The notes beneath the pieces are model-generated. The model saw only the letters and a list, made by a program, of their open reading frames with translations, was not told where the DNA came from and did no database searches. The translations under genes were made by a program, and so were the position numbers. From Saprolegnia diclina VS20 (taxonomy: Eukaryota), in the NCBI RefSeq assembly GCF_000281045.1, contig NW_008246136.1, positions 71,448-135,447 on the forward strand: DNA of 64,000 nucleotides. Direction: 5' to 3'. This document shows, one piece after another, positions 60,243 through 64,000 of the stretch (the stretch's first letter is position 1; each line of letters opens with the position of its first letter).

Positions 60243-61689
60243 AGCAACTTGCAAAGTCAGTGGCGTCCGGCGACCGCCCAAGATTGACGGTTTCGGATTT
60301 TACACTTGGTCTTTGTATAGCATAAAGCGAGACTGTCTATTTCTTTTTGAACTTGTACTTTGTATAGAAATAGTGAAACCAAGTTGTCGGACGAGAAATG
60401 AAGCTGAAACGGGCCCGTTTCACGTTGGCCGGCGCGGGCCCAACCTCACATGCTCGCTTATAAAACCGGGCCCGGGTCCGATTCGAATTTTGGGCCAGTG
60501 AAGGCAAACAAGCGTCTTGCGCTGGACGATTAAACTACTCGATAGAGATCGCAGTGGGGTTTCCGAACGCACACCAATTTCGTTGGCTCCGTGTGTCCTC
60601 ATTGCAGTGGTATAGTGTACAGTGTATAGTGTATAGTACGCTTTGACATTTCCGTGCTTATCCTGATGCAGTTTGCATCGTGCATCAGGGGAAGACGAAG
60701 AGTATGCCAAGCGTCGCGGCCATTCGTTTGCATCGGAAATGGCCGCAACGCTTGGCATAAATCTTCGTCTTGCTATAAGATCTTGTTGTGAAAACCAGGT
60801 CCGGTCCTAGCTTCCCAGCACGCTCCCAAGTAAAGATTTCGAAAATGCCAAAGAAACTGGCGATGGGTCTCCTCTGTACGCTGCTGTTGGTGCTCGCGCT
60901 TGGCACACATCGCTAATCAAATTGCACGCATGGCTCATCCGCGAGCCACTGCCACAACGCTCTAACGCGCTCCCCTGCCCGCCAGAGCTGCCCACCCACA
61001 TGCGACAGCCTGCGATGTTATCTCGCTCCTCCCACCGCGCCAGCTGTCCGAAGTGTCCACATCCCACGTGCAGACTGCAGCCGTTCAAAGCAGTTGGCCA
61101 AATGCGTGGACGACACCACGCGCTAGCACAGCGCCGCAGCCGTCACCACCACAAAAAGTGGCGGCATGGTCCACCAACAACGTCGACGCGTCACCAGCGT
61201 TAGCAGCAGGCGTCATCACTGCCATTGTACTTGCGGCTCTTGTCGCAGCGAGTAGCACGCCTTCTATTGCTGGTGCTTGCGGGCCAAGCTGACACTGGAG
61301 GCAGACGACGAAGACGCCGTGTGCTGCGAGGCGATGTACTAAGTAATATACGTCACCCTCATACGTTTACAAGTTGCTCTGGTACCGGATGCGCAAAAGT
61401 CGCCTCGCAGCATGTCATGTCTAACGTGTTTGATGCTTGGGGCGAGGTGCTCGGTTGAGACCAGACATTGAGTAATGTCAGTGGCTATGATTTGGCGACA
61501 CCGTTCGGTCTAAACTAATGTCTCTGTAAGAGACATCGCTTTTCGTGGATTTATTATCTAATGTAGCACAACGGACAACATTTGAGAGTGGGACACTGGG
61601 ACACGCCACCCAGTACATGACATCCAGAGGACCCAACCAATATTTTGCTTCGATCGACTGGCGTTCCGAATGCGCGTGCCATTAGCAGA

Positions 61690-61705
61690 GCTCATTTTTC
61701 CTTTA
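61690..61705 (+). promoter_or_regulatory. Possible oomycete initiator (Inr) element GCTCATTTT
   Basis: Matches the Inr core (YCATTYY) about 33 bp before the ATG at 61723. Confidence 0.45.
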
Positions 61706-61722
61706 CACCAACAGCCAACAAT

Positions 61723-62190
61723 ATGATGATCAAGATCTGTGTGCTTGCTATCACCGCGTCGGTGGCGACTGCTGCCATGTGCACTGGTAATGACTTTGGT
61801 TCAGCGTACACGAGTGCGATCAAGGAGGCAGTGCCGAGCTTTCTCCAGTGCGCCACGGACGTGGGTATTTCGATCGAAGACATTGCGGCCAACAAGGTGG
61901 ACCAGGCGACGCCGGACCAAATCCAAAAGTTTGCCAAGAGCCCGAGCTGCGCGGCGGTGTTCAAGACGATTCAAAGTGCTTCCAGGACCATCTCGCCGCC
62001 GTGCACGATGGGCACCATGTGCGGCAAGGAGGTCACGACGACGCAGTTTGCCGACATGCCGTACGAAGACTACTTGAAAGCGGCCGCGCAAGGCGACAAG
62101 TGCACACTGCCGAGCGCGTCAAGCGCCGCTCCAGCCACCAAACTTGGTCTCGTCGCCTCGAGCGCCCTTGTGCTCTACGCGATGCTTTAA
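61723..62190 (+). CDS. Elicitin-like secreted protein, probable GPI anchor
   Basis: Signal peptide MMIKICVLAITASVATA; six Cys in the mature region with CATD...QIQKFAKSPSC...PPC spacing; Ser/Ala linker and hydrophobic C-terminus. Confidence 0.75.
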   Translation: MMIKICVLAITASVATAAMCTGNDFGSAYTSAIKEAVPSFLQCATDVGISIEDIAANKVDQATPDQIQKFAKSPSCAAVFKTIQSASRTISPPCTMGTMCGKEVTTTQFADMPYEDYLKAAAQGDKCTLPSASSAAPATKLGLVASSALVLYAML

Positions 62191-62346
62191 ATAATGTATA
62201 ATCGAATTTACATGTTCATAAACTATTACTAACTAATTTTATTGTGGGAGTCGATCAGGACTGCTGCTATCAACGATAAACCATTGGCCGCAGCTCGCGC
62301 GACGTTGGAGGACCATTTGCTCCTTCCTATGAGATGCAAAGCGGTG

Positions 62347-63451
62347 TCACTGGGTGGGTGCCATCACGATAGGGACGAGGATGGGTGCCCCCAGAGCGAT
62401 TGGTAGGAGGAGCTCGACGTCCGGGCACCACTGAATATCGCACGTCACTTCGACGCAGTAGCGAGCCGAGACGATTTGTCCGCGAGTGCTCGGGTACATG
62501 CCGTTGCCGATCAGTTGGAACGACTGCGGCTGCGAGAGCGACTGGCCCGCGGGGACGCCGGGAAACGTTGCGCAGCAAATGGTTTTGCGCAGGACGCGGT
62601 TCCGGCCGTCCGCGTGGACCTCAACGACGCGGACGAGCTCGGATCGCATTGCTACAATGTCGCGCGACGACTGATTTCGGATCTCGCAGTGGATCTATCG
62701 CAATTCGTCTCAAAGGAGAGAATTGGCGTCAGTCGATGTGTACCTGGGGCACTTCGCCGGGGCCGTACATGTTTTTGTCCATCGAGACGCGTAGATCGCA
62801 TTGGCCCTTGTTGAAGCAGCAGAGGAAGCGAATGATTTGCGTCTTCTCGGCCAGGACGGGGACAACAACGCCCGCGAGCTGCGCGTACACGACGAGTCGC
62901 TGCCGGTGCTTGAGGTCGCGCGTGAAGACACCGTTGATGCACAGCGTGCCTTTGATTGCGTACTCGATCTTGCCCTTGACGTTCGAGTGGTTTTCATTGT
63001 CAAACGACCCGGGAAGCCCCGTTGGCAGCTGATACTGGAACGGGTATATGTATTTTCCAGGGGACAAGTGTTGCTGGACGTTGAAGAGCACGAGCTAGTA
63101 CAAACGATTAAATCTGAAAACATAAAAAATGACAATCGAACCTTGGACTTGAAAAATTCGCGGCCTTCGGAGAACGTCCTTGTCTCTGTATGGGATTTCC
63201 CGTCCCGCGTCACGGTGTGCTGCTCTGTCCAGCGCACGCGCTCTTTTCCGTTGACGAGCACGACGACCTCTACACCCTCTTAGAATGTTGTCCTGAACGT
63301 CATGACTGATACCATTGCACTCAATGGGCTCGAGGATGTCGACGTGGAGCGACCCGGTGATGAGCTCGCCGGAAATGTAGTACGGCTTGTCGACGGTGAC
63401 GAGCACGGTGCCCTTGCCGCCAAGACCAAAGAGCTGCCCGAGAAATCCCAT
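62347..63451 (-). CDS. Arrestin N/C-domain (alpha-arrestin-like) protein, multi-exon
   Basis: VDKPYYISGELITG, GKERVRW, GKYIYPFQYQLPTGLPGSF, KIEYAIK, MDKNMYGPGE, YPSTRGQIVSARYCVEV, VELLLPI. Confidence 0.88.
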
Positions 63452-63772
63452 TTCTAAATATGCTGTTGATTGACTAGCGACGCTATAAATAAGACGCACA
63501 CCAACGGCACCAAACGGCATGCAACGTTGGATGCATCAACGCGATATCAACTTGATGGTCTCTACAGATGCAAGTAGACGGAGCGCTTGGACACTGCAGA
63601 GACAAACACAATGCTAGCACGCTGGTCGAGCATACTACATGAACCATGTATGTACTACGTGTACTGGGTGGCAGCTCGAGAAGCGTCACTACAGTACTAA
63701 CGTTATGATGCATTAGTACACATTTTGGCATGTACGCACGAGATGCGCGAACATATGACAGGTGCACTAACG

Positions 63773-64000
63773 TTAGAACAAGAGTGCAAGGACAAGCGTG
63801 CCGGCGGCAACGGTGCCGAGCCCGAGTGTCGTGGCACTGGACAGAACGCTGGCACTCGGCGGAAGAGTGGGGATCTTGGCCACAGCACTCGAAGGCTCGT
63901 CGGGAATTTTGCACTTGGGCGTGGACAGCAACGCTTGCACAAACTGGTCGTAGGTGAGTGCGCCGAGTTGGCCCGACGTGACGTAGTCGCCGCACATGGT
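63773..64000 (-). CDS. 3' part of a second elicitin-like GPI-anchored protein (runs off the window end)
   Basis: TMCGDYVTSGQLGALTYDQFVQA...KCKIP aligns with TMCGKEVTTTQFADMPYEDYLKA...KCTLP of 61723-62190; hydrophobic C-terminus. Confidence 0.7.
   Translation of the reverse strand, partial: TMCGDYVTSGQLGALTYDQFVQALLSTPKCKIPDEPSSAVAKIPTLPPSASVLSSATTLGLGTVAAGTLVLALLF

Noticed and set aside
9380..63451. Apparent enrichment of trafficking genes (VPS9, GPCR-PIPK, DHHC, PDZ, arrestin) as a functional cluster
   Set aside because: The genes are scattered among unrelated loci and these families are common; there is no evidence of co-regulation.

Overview
Gene-dense, GC-rich eukaryotic DNA with many short (about 45-55 nt) GT-AG introns. 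The gene set (GPCR-PIP kinase fusion, elicitin-like proteins, disintegrin-like proteins) points to an oomycete, most likely Saprolegniales such as Saprolegnia; this is inference, not a database result. About 27 protein-coding loci are supported. In order: two paralogues of an uncharacterised 'CFPHCCP' family, a VARP-like VPS9+RCC1 protein, an intronless bacterial-looking pair (LiaF/DUF1707-C-like protein and kynureninase), an M14 carboxypeptidase, two head-to-head prolyl 4-hydroxylases, an ATAD3-like ATPase, a KH protein, a GPCR-PIPK, a small acidic membrane protein, a Gly/Tyr-rich secreted protein, three membrane-anchored disintegrin-like genes, a DHHC palmitoyltransferase, a CCA-adding enzyme, a nuclear lamin, a TOM1-like membrane protein, a coiled-coil protein, a WRKY19-like zinc-finger protein, a CAMK-type kinase, a coiled-coil/multi-PDZ/ankyrin scaffold, a mucin-like membrane protein, two elicitin-like genes and an arrestin-domain gene. 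There are two assembly gaps and a (TATC)n microsatellite. I saw no rRNA, tRNA or CRISPR. Most notable: a lamin whose whole CaaX box sits on its own terminal exon, a conserved 8-nt micro-exon, a disintegrin array with YxxPhi tails, a candidate horizontally acquired gene pair, and several unusual domain architectures. Exon models were built by eye, so internal boundaries are approximate.
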